DNA of 64,000 nucleotides from Calditrichota bacterium (GTDB taxonomy: Bacteria > Caldisericota > Caldisericia > UBA6126). The stretch is from contig DAIMET010000005.1 of assembly GCA_036725105.1 (NCBI GenBank), forward strand, positions 117 through 64,116. The letters run 5' to 3'. The notes below the pieces were generated by a model, which did no database searches, was not told the origin of the DNA, and saw only the letters and a program-made list of their open reading frames with translations. The number at the start of each line of letters is the position of its first letter. Within the stretch, counting starts at the first letter, position 1. This document shows, in pieces, positions 1 through 10,355 of the stretch. Both the position numbers and the translations under genes were made by a program.

Positions 1-1301
1 CCCTTGTCACCCCTCATAGTTCCAAATGATTTTCCTAAAAAGATCACATCGCTATCATCAATACTACCATTATTATCAAGATCATAATTGTTGGGTACAA
101 CTTGTATGAGGCTAAAAAAAGACAAGTCAATGAGTTCAAAGGGAACAATGTTATTATCGGGATCAGAAGCAGAAAACTGAATAATCTTGAAGCTAACCCC
201 ACCATCACCAGTATCTTTTTTGAAATTTACAAGTAGGTCAAAGAGATCTCCAGATCCAGTAAAAGGTTCGTCAAATGTGACAATAATTTCATTTTTTCTC
301 TGATGAAATTCAATAGTAGCATTATCTTTTATTGAATCAGGGAGTTTTGCAGCTTCTATTGTGTAATAATCACTTGCAGTCCGTAGTTGCACAACCAATT
401 TTTTTAAATTGCGGGTATTGTTCACTTTGTAGGTCATAGTATCAAGTGAGGTATGTTTTTGCTGTAATCCCATATCAGGTACATTCCAATAGAACATTGC
501 GGGTTTTTCATTAGAAAATTTAAAAAGAGAGGATCCTACTATTTCTTTCGTATCTTGATCTTGCAAAAACACAATGATTCCGCATTGGACTGCAGCCCTA
601 GTAGTAAGAACAAATTTTCGATCTTCTTCATATATCTGATCTGCTTTAAGTCGAACTGGCTTACCAGATACACCATATGGCATATTGCGAACTACATGGC
701 GGTTTAGATACTCACCGTTTTTCTGTTCAGTAATCACCCAATCTTGATAGATAGTTGCAACCACATTAATGTTACGTTTTCCAAAATCTTCTCTGGCTTT
801 AATCTTTAAATTAAAAGAATGAGCATCAAAATCAGCTGTTAATTGCATATCTGCAAGTGTTCTGCGACTATTATCACATTCTAAAATGGCAGCAACATAT
901 TGATCAAAATCCAGATATTGCCCATTTGTGGGAACACCTGCAATTATATCAAGACCTCCGACAATAACAGAGGGAAATGAGGTTACGCTATAATATTCAC
1001 ATCTTTTATCGGTGTCTGAGTTAGCTAGTGAATCTCCCTGGTGATAAGCTAGGTGAACAAAAATTAAATCAGTTTGATTCAGCATAAGTTCAGAATAATG
1101 CATACCAGCAGAAGCATATGGGCAATAACCACACCAACCACCTGTAAACTGTTCCACAATCACCGGGGATGGAGACGGTGTAAAATCAGTACCATTTGCA
1201 GCATATACTTTGTATGATGCTTGGTAATGAGAGAATAGGAAGAGGAAGATAAACACTCCTGAAAAGCTAACTGTAAAAAGCTTCTTAAAATTCAATCTCA
1301 T
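1..1301 (-). CDS. Exported thioredoxin-fold protein (WCGYC) with a beta-rich cohesin-like region and a dockerin-like Ca-loop. The 3' end runs off the window.
   Basis: This ORF is absent from the ORF track because the window edge truncates it. My own translation from the ATG at 1301 (GGAGG 6 nt upstream) stays open to base 1. It starts MRLNFKKLFTVSFSGVFIFLFLF (signal-like). It contains VIVEQFTGGWCGYCPY (CxxC at nt 1122..1136), FPSVIVGG and IIVFLQDQDTKEIVGS. Near the edge it reads YDLDNNGSIDDSDVIFLGKSFG, an EF-hand/dockerin-like loop. Confidence 0.75.
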   Translation of the reverse strand, partial: MRLNFKKLFTVSFSGVFIFLFLFSHYQASYKVYAANGTDFTPSPSPVIVEQFTGGWCGYCPYASAGMHYSELMLNQTDLIFVHLAYHQGDSLANSDTDKRCEYYSVTSFPSVIVGGLDIIAGVPTNGQYLDFDQYVAAILECDNSRRTLADMQLTADFDAHSFNLKIKAREDFGKRNINVVATIYQDWVITEQKNGEYLNRHVVRNMPYGVSGKPVRLKADQIYEEDRKFVLTTRAAVQCGIIVFLQDQDTKEIVGSSLFKFSNEKPAMFYWNVPDMGLQQKHTSLDTMTYKVNNTRNLKKLVVQLRTASDYYTIEAAKLPDSIKDNATIEFHQRKNEIIVTFDEPFTGSGDLFDLLVNFKKDTGDGGVSFKIIQFSASDPDNNIVPFELIDLSFFSLIQVVPNNYDLDNNGSIDDSDVIFLGKSFGTMRGDK

Positions 1302-1321
1302 ACACCGCCTCCTCATGTTTT

Positions 1322-4270
1322 TTATAATTTTGGATAGGTTATGGTAATAGTCTGGGTTGCGTTTTCCCATCCAATTTCGGCACCTAAACTATCGGTAACA
1401 AATCGAACAGGTACCATGGTATTACCACTTATTATCTGACAAGCAATGTCCATTTTCAAGTCTTTTCCATTAACTTTTGCAATATCACTACCAATAGTTA
1501 ATACAACTTTTGTGCCATCCAGTTCCAGGGAAACTGTTGTAACTAATTTAGTGTTAGGGTCATATCCAACATCTGGAACAGCTCCTAATGCACGCGCAAT
1601 AAATCCGAAAGGTACTAAGGTTCTGCCATTCTGAATAATGGGAGCCATAGAAAGATCTTGTGTTTCACCATTTACGCTAGCTGTTTTCTTTCCAACCACC
1701 AGTTTAATTGTATATCCAAAGGTGATATGGAGTTCTTTATCTGTTACATTACCGACAGGATCGGTTGCAACAAAATCAAACTTCATTTCACCAACTTTTC
1801 TAGCTGTAACTTCATAAGCAAAAGAACCGTCTTGTTCGAGGTAAACAAATTCACCGTTAATGGTAAGTTGTGCAGTTGGATCGGTAGTACCAGTAATAGA
1901 GAATTTTCGTTTTGTGACAACATCACCCTCTAAAGGATATGTGATATCGATTTTTGGGGGTTCTGTGTCAAAAATAACTTCATAGTCAAGACGTTTTTCG
2001 TGTCCTGCTTCATCTTTTGCAATAATAACCAAAGGATTGATACCCTGTTTAAGATCGACTGTGGTTCGGAAATAACCAGTTTCAGGTTCGACGGTGATAT
2101 CTTTACCGTTTACTGTTGCAAACAAGTCAAACTCAAGAGAATCTACTCCAAAACGGATTGTTTTAATAAGAGTAGTACGCCCAACTACATCAATGGTTGG
2201 TTTTGTGGTAATAGTTCTAGCCTCTTCAGGTTTTTCCATTACAACTTCAGGAAGTACGGTGTCAACTTTTACAACAAAGGATTTTCTTGGTTCAATACCA
2301 GTAATTGATTCTGCCCAATATGTAATGCGAGATTCATATTGACCAATATCAAGTGGCTTGCCACCGCTTTCTTTATCAAAGGTAATGATTTGATTATCTT
2401 TATCATCCCAAAAGAGCTTTATGACAGCAGTTGGGTCATCACATGAAAAAGAAACAAGTGGTGGTTCAATATACCAACCATTATCTCCTTCAGTTCCACC
2501 AGTGATATGGTATGAGGAAACAGGTAACTTGGGTGTGGTGTAAAATGTGGGAGATTCCGCTACAAAATCTTCGGTACTAGAAGTTACTTCTAGAATGTAA
2601 CCCACTTTTTCTTCGGTTGGATTACGGAAACCAGAATCTAAAGTTGTTAAAAGAACAAATTCTACACCACCTTTGATGGGTTGAGTCACATAAAAATGTG
2701 CAGTAACGCCATCAATTGTAACTTTTTCGGTGGGTGCTTCGTTAATGGTAACCGTAGAAGGATCAACTTCTTGGGGCATTTCAGTATTCTCTGGAAATGT
2801 AACAGTGATGTAGTCTCCTTTTTGCAAGGCACCATTGTCACCTGTAAGTCCTTTGATATTCCAGGAAGTAACCGAATAAGCATTTTTGGGTTCATTGGAA
2901 ACATCAAGAATTTCAAGTCGAGATTCAATAAGTTCAACAGGAGAAGTCATCAGGTATTCTGAATCACTTTCAAGCTTGTAACCAAGTTTTATATCACCGG
3001 GTTGCGTTGTATTTACAATTCCGGCTCCAACTTCAAAAACTACGTCAACAGCGTTTTCAGAGTCAATATTGATGGCAGAAGTTAATGAAACTTCGAGCCC
3101 ATTCACAGCGATTTCTGAAACAGATTCTCCGCTGATCTTGATTTTGGATTTGTCTAGAGAAGAAGGAATTACTGTGCCTTCGGGAAACTGAACAAGAATC
3201 TTGCTTCCCTTTTTCAAGGATTTGCCAGCTTCCAAAATGAAAGAGAAAGAATAACGTGCTGGTTTGTTTACTTTGGCAGGTACGATTTTAAGAAGTGCTC
3301 CACCTTTTTCAATTTGATATGGTTTGGATGCAACCCACTCTTTATCGGCAGGTATAGTAGATACCTCTAAAACATATTCTCCAGGTTTTGGGGGATTGAT
3401 TATACCAGCACCCTGATCAACGAAAACTTCAATGCGCCCGCTATCGGGAATTTCAACAGGTGTAATGAATGTAAGTTGGTTTCTGACAGCAAGAGGAGGA
3501 CTGGTTATGGGTTTTCCATTCACCAAAATGAACTTTTCGCGGATATCAGATTCAGTGAGTTCAGTTCCTTCAGGAAAACGCACTCGGATTCGGCCATCGC
3601 CCTCTTTAAGCCATCCACCCTTACCTACATTAAAAGTTATTCTATAGGATGCATTGGCACGGAAGGAAGACGGAAGAACTTCAACTTCTGGCATTCCTTC
3701 GGGTACCCCGATGGCGCTTTCTACAATTTCAAAAGGCTCAGAAGAAACAAAAGTAGGTTCGGCTCCTGTAGAAAACTTCCATTGGTATTTACCAGGCTTT
3801 GGCGGAGTAACAAAACCGCAAGTATCGGGAACGGTAACAACAATATCGCTATATCCCTCAATTTCAGGGTTTAACTCAATATGTGTGTTGAAACGCAAAG
3901 AAATTCCGCCTTCTGGAGTGTCTTCAATTACAGGTAAACCCTGGCAGGCAGAACATGGAGATAAACCAATAGACATTGATTCGATGATTTGCGTGAGTCT
4001 TTCTTTACGCTTTTTTTCATCTTCCGGTAGTGGAGGATCAATGATAGTACCGGGAGGCCATACTAATGTAATTGCTTCGTGGACAGCAAGCCGTTTTTCA
4101 ATGGTCACATTGAAACGATATGTTGCTCTAGTGGCAACTTTTCGAGGTTGAACAATCATGAAGAAATTTGTCAGAGCACGTGTTTTAACTGGTTGAAAAA
4201 CAGAAAACACACTACCCAATAAAATGAATGTCAACGCAATACTAAAAAATTTATTCAGTCGATGCTTCAT
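1322..4270 (-). CDS. Large exported cell-surface protein with four tandem ~115-aa repeats, Ig-like modules and a C-terminal copper-amine-oxidase-N-like (stalk) domain.
   Basis: The track ORF is 1322..4336. I prefer the ATG at 4270 (MKHRLNKFFSIALTFILLGSVFSVF, a signal peptide, with a GGGGG SD upstream). Four repeats begin A[TSR]Y.F and carry VWPPGTIIDPP, VRFPEGTELTESD, VQFPEGTVIPSSL and VTFPENTEMPQEV. A GDNGWY Ig-like module follows. The C-terminus reads NGRTLVPFGFIARALGA...GNTMVPVRFVTDSLGAEIGW, typical of Cu_amine_oxidN1-like domains by recollection. Confidence 0.8.
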   Translation of the reverse strand: MKHRLNKFFSIALTFILLGSVFSVFQPVKTRALTNFFMIVQPRKVATRATYRFNVTIEKRLAVHEAITLVWPPGTIIDPPLPEDEKKRKERLTQIIESMSIGLSPCSACQGLPVIEDTPEGGISLRFNTHIELNPEIEGYSDIVVTVPDTCGFVTPPKPGKYQWKFSTGAEPTFVSSEPFEIVESAIGVPEGMPEVEVLPSSFRANASYRITFNVGKGGWLKEGDGRIRVRFPEGTELTESDIREKFILVNGKPITSPPLAVRNQLTFITPVEIPDSGRIEVFVDQGAGIINPPKPGEYVLEVSTIPADKEWVASKPYQIEKGGALLKIVPAKVNKPARYSFSFILEAGKSLKKGSKILVQFPEGTVIPSSLDKSKIKISGESVSEIAVNGLEVSLTSAINIDSENAVDVVFEVGAGIVNTTQPGDIKLGYKLESDSEYLMTSPVELIESRLEILDVSNEPKNAYSVTSWNIKGLTGDNGALQKGDYITVTFPENTEMPQEVDPSTVTINEAPTEKVTIDGVTAHFYVTQPIKGGVEFVLLTTLDSGFRNPTEEKVGYILEVTSSTEDFVAESPTFYTTPKLPVSSYHITGGTEGDNGWYIEPPLVSFSCDDPTAVIKLFWDDKDNQIITFDKESGGKPLDIGQYESRITYWAESITGIEPRKSFVVKVDTVLPEVVMEKPEEARTITTKPTIDVVGRTTLIKTIRFGVDSLEFDLFATVNGKDITVEPETGYFRTTVDLKQGINPLVIIAKDEAGHEKRLDYEVIFDTEPPKIDITYPLEGDVVTKRKFSITGTTDPTAQLTINGEFVYLEQDGSFAYEVTARKVGEMKFDFVATDPVGNVTDKELHITFGYTIKLVVGKKTASVNGETQDLSMAPIIQNGRTLVPFGFIARALGAVPDVGYDPNTKLVTTVSLELDGTKVVLTIGSDIAKVNGKDLKMDIACQIISGNTMVPVRFVTDSLGAEIGWENATQTITITYPKL

Positions 4271-4366
4271 CGTAAAAAACCCCCTTGAATTACAATTCAT
4301 CAAAACTGAATCATAACCCATATAAATTTTTAACAAAAACTAGAATTTAAGAAAATAATACACGAT

Positions 4367-5617
4367 CTATGGAACAAAATCAATTCCATTTAGTAACACT
4401 CTTGTAACTTTATTGAGTCCAAAGCGGTATGGAAATTCTTCTAAAGACTCAATGGAAAGTACCAGCAAGTCAGCTCTTTTACCGATTTCGATAGTACCTG
4501 TTTTCTCCTGCAAACCACAAGCAAACGATGCATTTACGGTTGCTGCATTTATGGCTGCTGGAATAGTAAGTCCCATTTGTAAAATGGCAATTTCTATCAT
4601 CATTTGCATTGAGCTACACATACAAGTGCCTGGGTTTAAATCAGTTCCCAGTGCAACTGGTATTTCCGCATCTATAAGACGATTCGCATAATTGTAATCT
4701 TTTTGTCCGTGTGATAAGCCAAAACAAGTTCCAGGCAATATTACTGCTGTACCCCCAGCTTCACAGAAAGCAGGAAACTCCGAAGGCTTTGAAACCATCA
4801 TGTGATCAACTGATATTGCTTTTAGTTTTGCAGCTACTGGTAATCCCCCAATTGATTTAAACTCATCAATATGGAGTTTTGGTTGCAAACCATATTCTAT
4901 TCCCTTTCTTAAAATACGTTCAGCTTGATCAGCAGTAAAAACTCCTTCTTCGCAAAATACATCGATATTTTCTGCTAATCGATTTTCACCCACATAAGGA
5001 GTAATTGTCGAATTCATATACTGCACATATCCTTCAACATCACCTGTAAACTCTGGGGGAACTGCATGAGCTGCTAATAAAGTTCGAGATATACAGACTC
5101 CAACGCGCTTTGACGCTTCTGTTGCAGATTGTAACATTTTTACTTCATCTTGGAGGGTGAGACCATAACCACTTTTTATCTCAAATGCGGTGGTTCCATA
5201 TACAACACACTCTTTCATACGAAACACTGTATTGTGAACAAGATCATCAAGACTCGTATTTCGAACTGCCCGTACAGTTTCCAGAATCCCACCGCCTGCA
5301 GAAAGAATGGTTAAATAATCTGCTCCTTGTAAGCGTAATGCATACTCCTTCGCTCTCTGTCCAGCAAAGACAAGATGGGTATGTGGATCAACAAATCCTG
5401 GCATAACCATTTTTTGTTTTGCATCTAGTTCTGGAAATTCAAAGTATTCTTTTGGACATTTATTCATGGGACCAAAATCTAGAATTTTACCATCTTGAAT
5501 AGCAACATATGCTTGAGGAATACGCAGAATTTCATTTTGTAACTTTCCACGAACTGGCTTTCCGTGGTCGCTTCTAGGAACGATGAGTTCTGAAATATTC
5601 CAAATGCGTCGAGTCAT
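4367..5617 (-). CDS. hutI: Imidazolonepropionase
   Basis: 416 aa amidohydrolase. It has PGFVDPHTHLVFAG (HxH metal site) and LHIDEF...SVDH, and full-length HutI-like order. Confidence 0.85.
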   Translation of the reverse strand: MTRRIWNISELIVPRSDHGKPVRGKLQNEILRIPQAYVAIQDGKILDFGPMNKCPKEYFEFPELDAKQKMVMPGFVDPHTHLVFAGQRAKEYALRLQGADYLTILSAGGGILETVRAVRNTSLDDLVHNTVFRMKECVVYGTTAFEIKSGYGLTLQDEVKMLQSATEASKRVGVCISRTLLAAHAVPPEFTGDVEGYVQYMNSTITPYVGENRLAENIDVFCEEGVFTADQAERILRKGIEYGLQPKLHIDEFKSIGGLPVAAKLKAISVDHMMVSKPSEFPAFCEAGGTAVILPGTCFGLSHGQKDYNYANRLIDAEIPVALGTDLNPGTCMCSSMQMMIEIAILQMGLTIPAAINAATVNASFACGLQEKTGTIEIGKRADLLVLSIESLEEFPYRFGLNKVTRVLLNGIDFVP

Positions 5618-5636
5618 CTTTTATCTACCATTGCTA

Positions 5637-6641
5637 TTAAATATTAAATCGGACGTGCATAATGTCACCATCTTGCAGAACATACTCTTTACCCTCAACA
5701 AAAAAGCACCCATTCTCTTTACATTCTTTCATTGAAAAATTGTGTTTTTTAAAATCTTCATAATGAATGATTTCTGCTCGTATGAAGCCCTTTTTGATAT
5801 CACTATGAATTTTTCCTGCAGCTTCCAAAGCCGGGGTGTTTTTTTGTATCGTCCATGCTTTCACTTCATCCTCGCCAACTGTAAAAAACGTTTGTAGCCC
5901 TAAATGATCATATACAGCATGAATAAGGTGATTAAATCCTGGTTCATCGATAGAGTATTCCTTCATCAGATCTTTTCGATCATTCTCGGATAATGCACTT
6001 AATTCTTCTTCTAGTGCAATACAGATCTTTGTATATGGTATTGCATCGTAGGATTTCTTCCATGCTTCTTCAAAAGCCGAATCAGCTTGGATATCTTCTT
6101 CTGATATGTTAAAAACAACAATTCTAGGAATCACAGAATGCAAACCTAGATTCTTGACTACATCTGAATGAAGGATGTCAGAGTCAGATATTTTCTGTTG
6201 ATTCTCAATGAGTGGAATGAGCTGGCTACATTCTTCCACTTCTTTTTTGGCTTTCGGATCTTTCTTGTGACGATCGATAAATTTTTCAAGAAGTTCTATG
6301 TCCTTGACTCGAAACAGCATATCAATATCTTCGTATTCTTTTATAACATTAACCTCATCGCCTGGATACTGAGGATATGCTTTAATCACAAAAACGAAAA
6401 CATCGGAGGATCGTAAATCTTCGAATGGAAAAACAGGTTCAAGTGATACAGAAAGAAATTGGAGTTGTGCATATGTAGTCTTTTTTGGATTGAAAACAGA
6501 AGACATTGCCCCTACTCTTTGATCTGGAACATTGGCAGAACCAAGAAGCTTTCCCTTACTTTTGAAAGTATTCCCTTCCGTTAAAATATCGAACAATCCT
6601 TGTTTACCGCTAGTTTCATTGCCGATAATGGTTGCTTTCAT
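5637..6641 (-). CDS. YchF/OLA1-like protein with degenerate nucleotide-binding motifs (TGS/DUF933-like C-terminal domain).
   Basis: The C-terminus [44 protein letters not shown]...[14 protein letters not shown] aligns by eye with the E. coli YchF C-terminus. The N-terminus has GNETSGKQ in place of GLPNVGKS, and no DxxG. There is an ATGA overlap with the sucD stop (6638..6641). Confidence 0.6.
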   Translation of the reverse strand: MKATIIGNETSGKQGLFDILTEGNTFKSKGKLLGSANVPDQRVGAMSSVFNPKKTTYAQLQFLSVSLEPVFPFEDLRSSDVFVFVIKAYPQYPGDEVNVIKEYEDIDMLFRVKDIELLEKFIDRHKKDPKAKKEVEECSQLIPLIENQQKISDSDILHSDVVKNLGLHSVIPRIVVFNISEEDIQADSAFEEAWKKSYDAIPYTKICIALEEELSALSENDRKDLMKEYSIDEPGFNHLIHAVYDHLGLQTFFTVGEDEVKAWTIQKNTPALEAAGKIHSDIKKGFIRAEIIHYEDFKKHNFSMKECKENGCFFVEGKEYVLQDGDIMHVRFNI

Positions 6642-7498
6642 TTTAACAAATCTGCCACTTGTGAGGGAATTGAGGCAACCTTGACTCCAACTTTCTCAAA
6701 TGCTTCTACTTTTCCCTGTGCGGTTCCCATTCCTTGCGATATAATTGCACCAGCATGCCCCATTCGCTTCTCTGGAGGTGCTGTAACTCCGGCAATAAAA
6801 GCGACTACTTTTTTTCGAATATTCTTCTTGATATAGTCGGCGGCTTTTTCTTCGGCATCTCCTCCTATTTCTCCGATAAGAACAATAGATTCGGTTTGAG
6901 GATCTTCATTGAACATGGTAAGGACATCAATGAAATCTGTTCCAATAATGGGATCTCCACCAATACCGATGCATGTTGATTCTCCGAAGCCTGCCGTTGT
7001 AAGACCATATACGATTTCATAAGTAAGTGTTCCACTTCTAGAAACCACGCCAACATTTCCTTGTTTGAAAATATGTCCAGGGAGTATCCCAACTTTACTT
7101 TTCCCAGGAGAAACAACCCCAGGACAATTGGGACCAATAAGCCTTATATTTGGTTTCGTTGCAAGATAGGCTTGTGTTTTTAACATCTGGTTTACGGGTA
7201 TTCCTTCTGTAATACACACAATCAACTGAATACCTGCATCGGCAGCCTCAATAATAGCATCTGATGCATATGCAGGAGGCACAAAGATAAGCGAAACATC
7301 TGCTTGTGTACTAGAAACAGCATCTTGCATAGAGTCAAATATGGGAACTCCTAGAATGGTTTTTCCACCTTTCCCTGGAGTAACTCCACCAACAACATTG
7401 GTTCCATATTGGATCATTTGTTCTGCATGAAATGATCCATCTCTGCCAGTGATACCTTGCACAATTACTTTAGATTTTTCATTAATAAGAATGCTCAC
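6638..7498 (-). CDS. sucD: Succinyl-CoA synthetase alpha subunit
   Basis: GTG start. The protein begins [23 protein letters not shown] and has the phosphohistidine loop MGHAGAII. It sits directly after sucC. Confidence 0.95.
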   Translation of the reverse strand: MSILINEKSKVIVQGITGRDGSFHAEQMIQYGTNVVGGVTPGKGGKTILGVPIFDSMQDAVSSTQADVSLIFVPPAYASDAIIEAADAGIQLIVCITEGIPVNQMLKTQAYLATKPNIRLIGPNCPGVVSPGKSKVGILPGHIFKQGNVGVVSRSGTLTYEIVYGLTTAGFGESTCIGIGGDPIIGTDFIDVLTMFNEDPQTESIVLIGEIGGDAEEKAADYIKKNIRKKVVAFIAGVTAPPEKRMGHAGAIISQGMGTAQGKVEAFEKVGVKVASIPSQVADLLK

Positions 7499-7499
7499 G

Positions 7500-8648
7500 T
7501 TATTCCCCTTTCGCCATTTTTACTACATTTTGAACTGCTTCGTCCATATCCGTAGTAACAGGAATCTGAATCTCTCTCATAATGTTTCTGGCAATTTCGT
7601 CATTAGTACCAATGATTCTACAAGAGATTGGTAAGTTAAAATCTACTTTTTCAAGTCCTTGTCGGAAACCTTGAGCAATATCGTCACATCGTGTTATACC
7701 ACCAAAAATATTGATTAAGACGGCTTTTACTTTTGGGTTAGAGGCAATAATTTTTAGAGCATTGACAACTTTTTCTGGATTGGAACTACCTCCAATATCA
7801 AGAAAATTGGCTGGATTCCCACCAAAATGCTTAATTGTATCCATAGTTGCCATTGCTAAGCCAGCACCGTTTACCATACAAGCAATAGAGCCATCTAGAG
7901 ATATATACGTTAAATTTGCTTCTCGAGCCATTTTTTCCTGTTCTGTTTCTTCAGCATTGGAAAGAATGTATTTTTGGAATTCAGGATGAAAATCCAATCC
8001 GTTGTCATCGAGAAGTATTTTTGCATCAAGAGCCATACATTCTTTTTCATGAATAATGAGAGGATTAATTTCAACCAGGGTAGCATCTTTCTTAAAATAA
8101 ACATCAACGAGTTTGGTTAGGAATGCTTTAAACTCATGGTATGTCGGAATGTTTTCTTGGTTGTGAAACATTTTTTTATAGATTTTTATCAAACTATAAT
8201 CTTTGAAACCAACGATAAAATCGTATTCTTCTTGAAAAATCTTCTCCGGTTGATTTTTGCTAATGTCTTCAATATCTACTCCACCAGCAGGTGACATGAT
8301 GATCATTGGTTTCTTTGATGCACGGTGAAGCACAACACTCAGGTAATACTCATTTTGAAAAGATATTGCTTCGGAAACAAGAATTTTATCAACGAGACAA
8401 CCCTTAATGTCCATACCTAATATCTGTGAAGCAAGTTGATGAACTTCTTGAGAGTTTTTTGCGACTTTTACTCCCCCTGCTTTACCTCTTCCACCTACAG
8501 GTACTTGTGCTTTTATCACACAAGGATATCCAACAGACTCGTTAGCTACTTTTACAGCTTCTTGGGGGGTGGTTACCATCGATTCTTTCGGTATCCGTAT
8601 ACCAGCATCTCGAAAAACTTCTTTTGCTTGATATTCTAATAATTTCAT
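7500..8648 (-). CDS. sucC: Succinyl-CoA synthetase beta subunit (ATP-grasp)
   Basis: It begins [20 protein letters not shown] and contains [18 protein letters not shown] and [10 protein letters not shown]. 382 aa. Confidence 0.95.
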   Translation of the reverse strand: MKLLEYQAKEVFRDAGIRIPKESMVTTPQEAVKVANESVGYPCVIKAQVPVGGRGKAGGVKVAKNSQEVHQLASQILGMDIKGCLVDKILVSEAISFQNEYYLSVVLHRASKKPMIIMSPAGGVDIEDISKNQPEKIFQEEYDFIVGFKDYSLIKIYKKMFHNQENIPTYHEFKAFLTKLVDVYFKKDATLVEINPLIIHEKECMALDAKILLDDNGLDFHPEFQKYILSNAEETEQEKMAREANLTYISLDGSIACMVNGAGLAMATMDTIKHFGGNPANFLDIGGSSNPEKVVNALKIIASNPKVKAVLINIFGGITRCDDIAQGFRQGLEKVDFNLPISCRIIGTNDEIARNIMREIQIPVTTDMDEAVQNVVKMAKGE

Positions 8649-8657
8649 ATCATCCTC

Positions 8658-10307
8658 CTAGAACAAAATTTCAGATAAATCGTCGTTTTTACGGATTGTG
8701 ATACGTTTAATGCTCCAACCCGAAGGTAGTGGAAGGGTGTTCACTCCTCCCCCAGAATTGAACGTACCTTTATACCCTTGATTCCGAACGATTTTATTTA
8801 AATCATTATTACCATAGCCAAAGGGAATAGCTAAAAAATGCACTTTCTTTTGAATCTTCTCTTCAATAATTTGTTTGGACATTAGAAGATCCTCTGAAAC
8901 TCTTTTTGAATACTGAGCGACAGACTCAACTGTACCATCTGGTAGAGGCATTCTACTGATTAAAGCAGCGTGTCTACCTTCTGTATCATCCACGAAATAG
9001 TGGGAATTCAGTGTATGGGATTCAATGCTAAAAACTCTACTAGACTGCATTTCCATGCATTCATCCCAAGAAACATAATGCTCCGTTGTACCAACTCGAC
9101 TTACAAGTAGAAAGAAGAATCCGGACAAACCCAATTCTTTTAAAACTGGATATGCGTATGTATATACGCCTTTTAAACCATCATCAAAAGTTATCAAAAC
9201 GGGTTTTGGTGGTAAATCAGCCCGACCTTCTATATGGCTCAAGTAAAGGGTTGGGGAAACAAATTGAAAATCATTTTCAAGAAGATATTCCATATCGGCC
9301 TTGAACTGGTCAGGGGATCTGGAAAACACATTTCCATCTTTACAGATATCATGATAGTTCAAGACAACTAATCCTTGAGAATAATACTGGATGGCAACTT
9401 GTTGAGAAGGAAAAACGCAAACTGGTTCTGAGTCCTTCTTTGCATGAACAGAAAAAGTATTCAAACCATCATTTAAGAGAATAGATTGAGAAACCCAATC
9501 CCCTTGATGATCAGTCTTTAATTCTTCGATGTATTCTAATTCATGAGGTGATTTTCGATACAGATACAAAGTACTGCCCGGACTAAAGGTCCCTTTGAGT
9601 ACAATGGAATTTGTGAGAACAGATAATCCAGTAGAAGGATAAGTAAAGAAGGGTTCTGAATTACAAATCATGAAGTTTACATCACTTTGAACGATGGATC
9701 CTTTAGAATCTTTGCAGATAATTTTGATCACATGAGAGCCTTCTGTCATTGTGTACGGAACAAAAAAACGAGTAATCCATTTCTGTTCTTCAGATGAATA
9801 TTGCATAGCAATTTGAATGTGGTCATCAATGAGTGCATCCACATTTTCCAACTCACTGGTAGTATCAAGAAATATGGTAAGAGATGTACCACTTCGTACG
9901 AGCTTTGAAGATACTCCAGCCTGTAAAGAAGGTTGAGTGTTATCTATCACGACCGAAGTGACAGGAGAGTCTAGTATCGTTTTTGAGTCATCTTGGACAA
10001 CATACAAATAGTGACTACCGTTGGGGAGGCTTTTTGTGTTTAAGTTAATGCGATAAAAATGATCCGAATAGGATAAAAAGTAGTTATTGGTATGTCCTTT
10101 CGTGTCAATCACCTTAAGCGATAAAGATAAAGCATCACTATTTGCTTTCACAACAACAGGGATAAAACCAGAGATTACTTCACCTGGAGAAGGTTCCATG
10201 ATTTGAAGATCACCTGAGGCAATAGACGGTTCAATAGGAATAAACAAACCAATAGAAAAAACCACAATAACAACAGATATAGCTATTTTAAATCTATCAA
10301 ACAGCAT
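8658..10307 (-). CDS. Membrane-anchored or exported polysaccharide deacetylase (NodB domain) with N-terminal Ig-like modules.
   Basis: N-terminal hydrophobic anchor VVIVVFSIGLFIPI. The C-terminal half has the NodB signature VLITFDDGLKGVYTYAYPVLKELGLSGFFFL. It ends 9 nt upstream of sucC. Confidence 0.7.
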   Translation of the reverse strand: MLFDRFKIAISVVIVVFSIGLFIPIEPSIASGDLQIMEPSPGEVISGFIPVVVKANSDALSLSLKVIDTKGHTNNYFLSYSDHFYRINLNTKSLPNGSHYLYVVQDDSKTILDSPVTSVVIDNTQPSLQAGVSSKLVRSGTSLTIFLDTTSELENVDALIDDHIQIAMQYSSEEQKWITRFFVPYTMTEGSHVIKIICKDSKGSIVQSDVNFMICNSEPFFTYPSTGLSVLTNSIVLKGTFSPGSTLYLYRKSPHELEYIEELKTDHQGDWVSQSILLNDGLNTFSVHAKKDSEPVCVFPSQQVAIQYYSQGLVVLNYHDICKDGNVFSRSPDQFKADMEYLLENDFQFVSPTLYLSHIEGRADLPPKPVLITFDDGLKGVYTYAYPVLKELGLSGFFFLLVSRVGTTEHYVSWDECMEMQSSRVFSIESHTLNSHYFVDDTEGRHAALISRMPLPDGTVESVAQYSKRVSEDLLMSKQIIEEKIQKKVHFLAIPFGYGNNDLNKIVRNQGYKGTFNSGGGVNTLPLPSGWSIKRITIRKNDDLSEILF

Positions 10308-10355
10308 GATGAAACTATATTTTCACACCTTCTAAAGTCAAGTCTTCAATGAGAA

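Noticed and set aside
3432-4151. Long antisense ORFs (71, 132 and 165 aa) inside the surface-protein gene, and similar ones at 1446..2342 and 2681..2962.
   Set aside because: The sense frame is a continuous roughly 980-aa ORF with repeat structure, a signal peptide and a recognisable C-terminal domain. The antisense ORFs have no SD or motifs.
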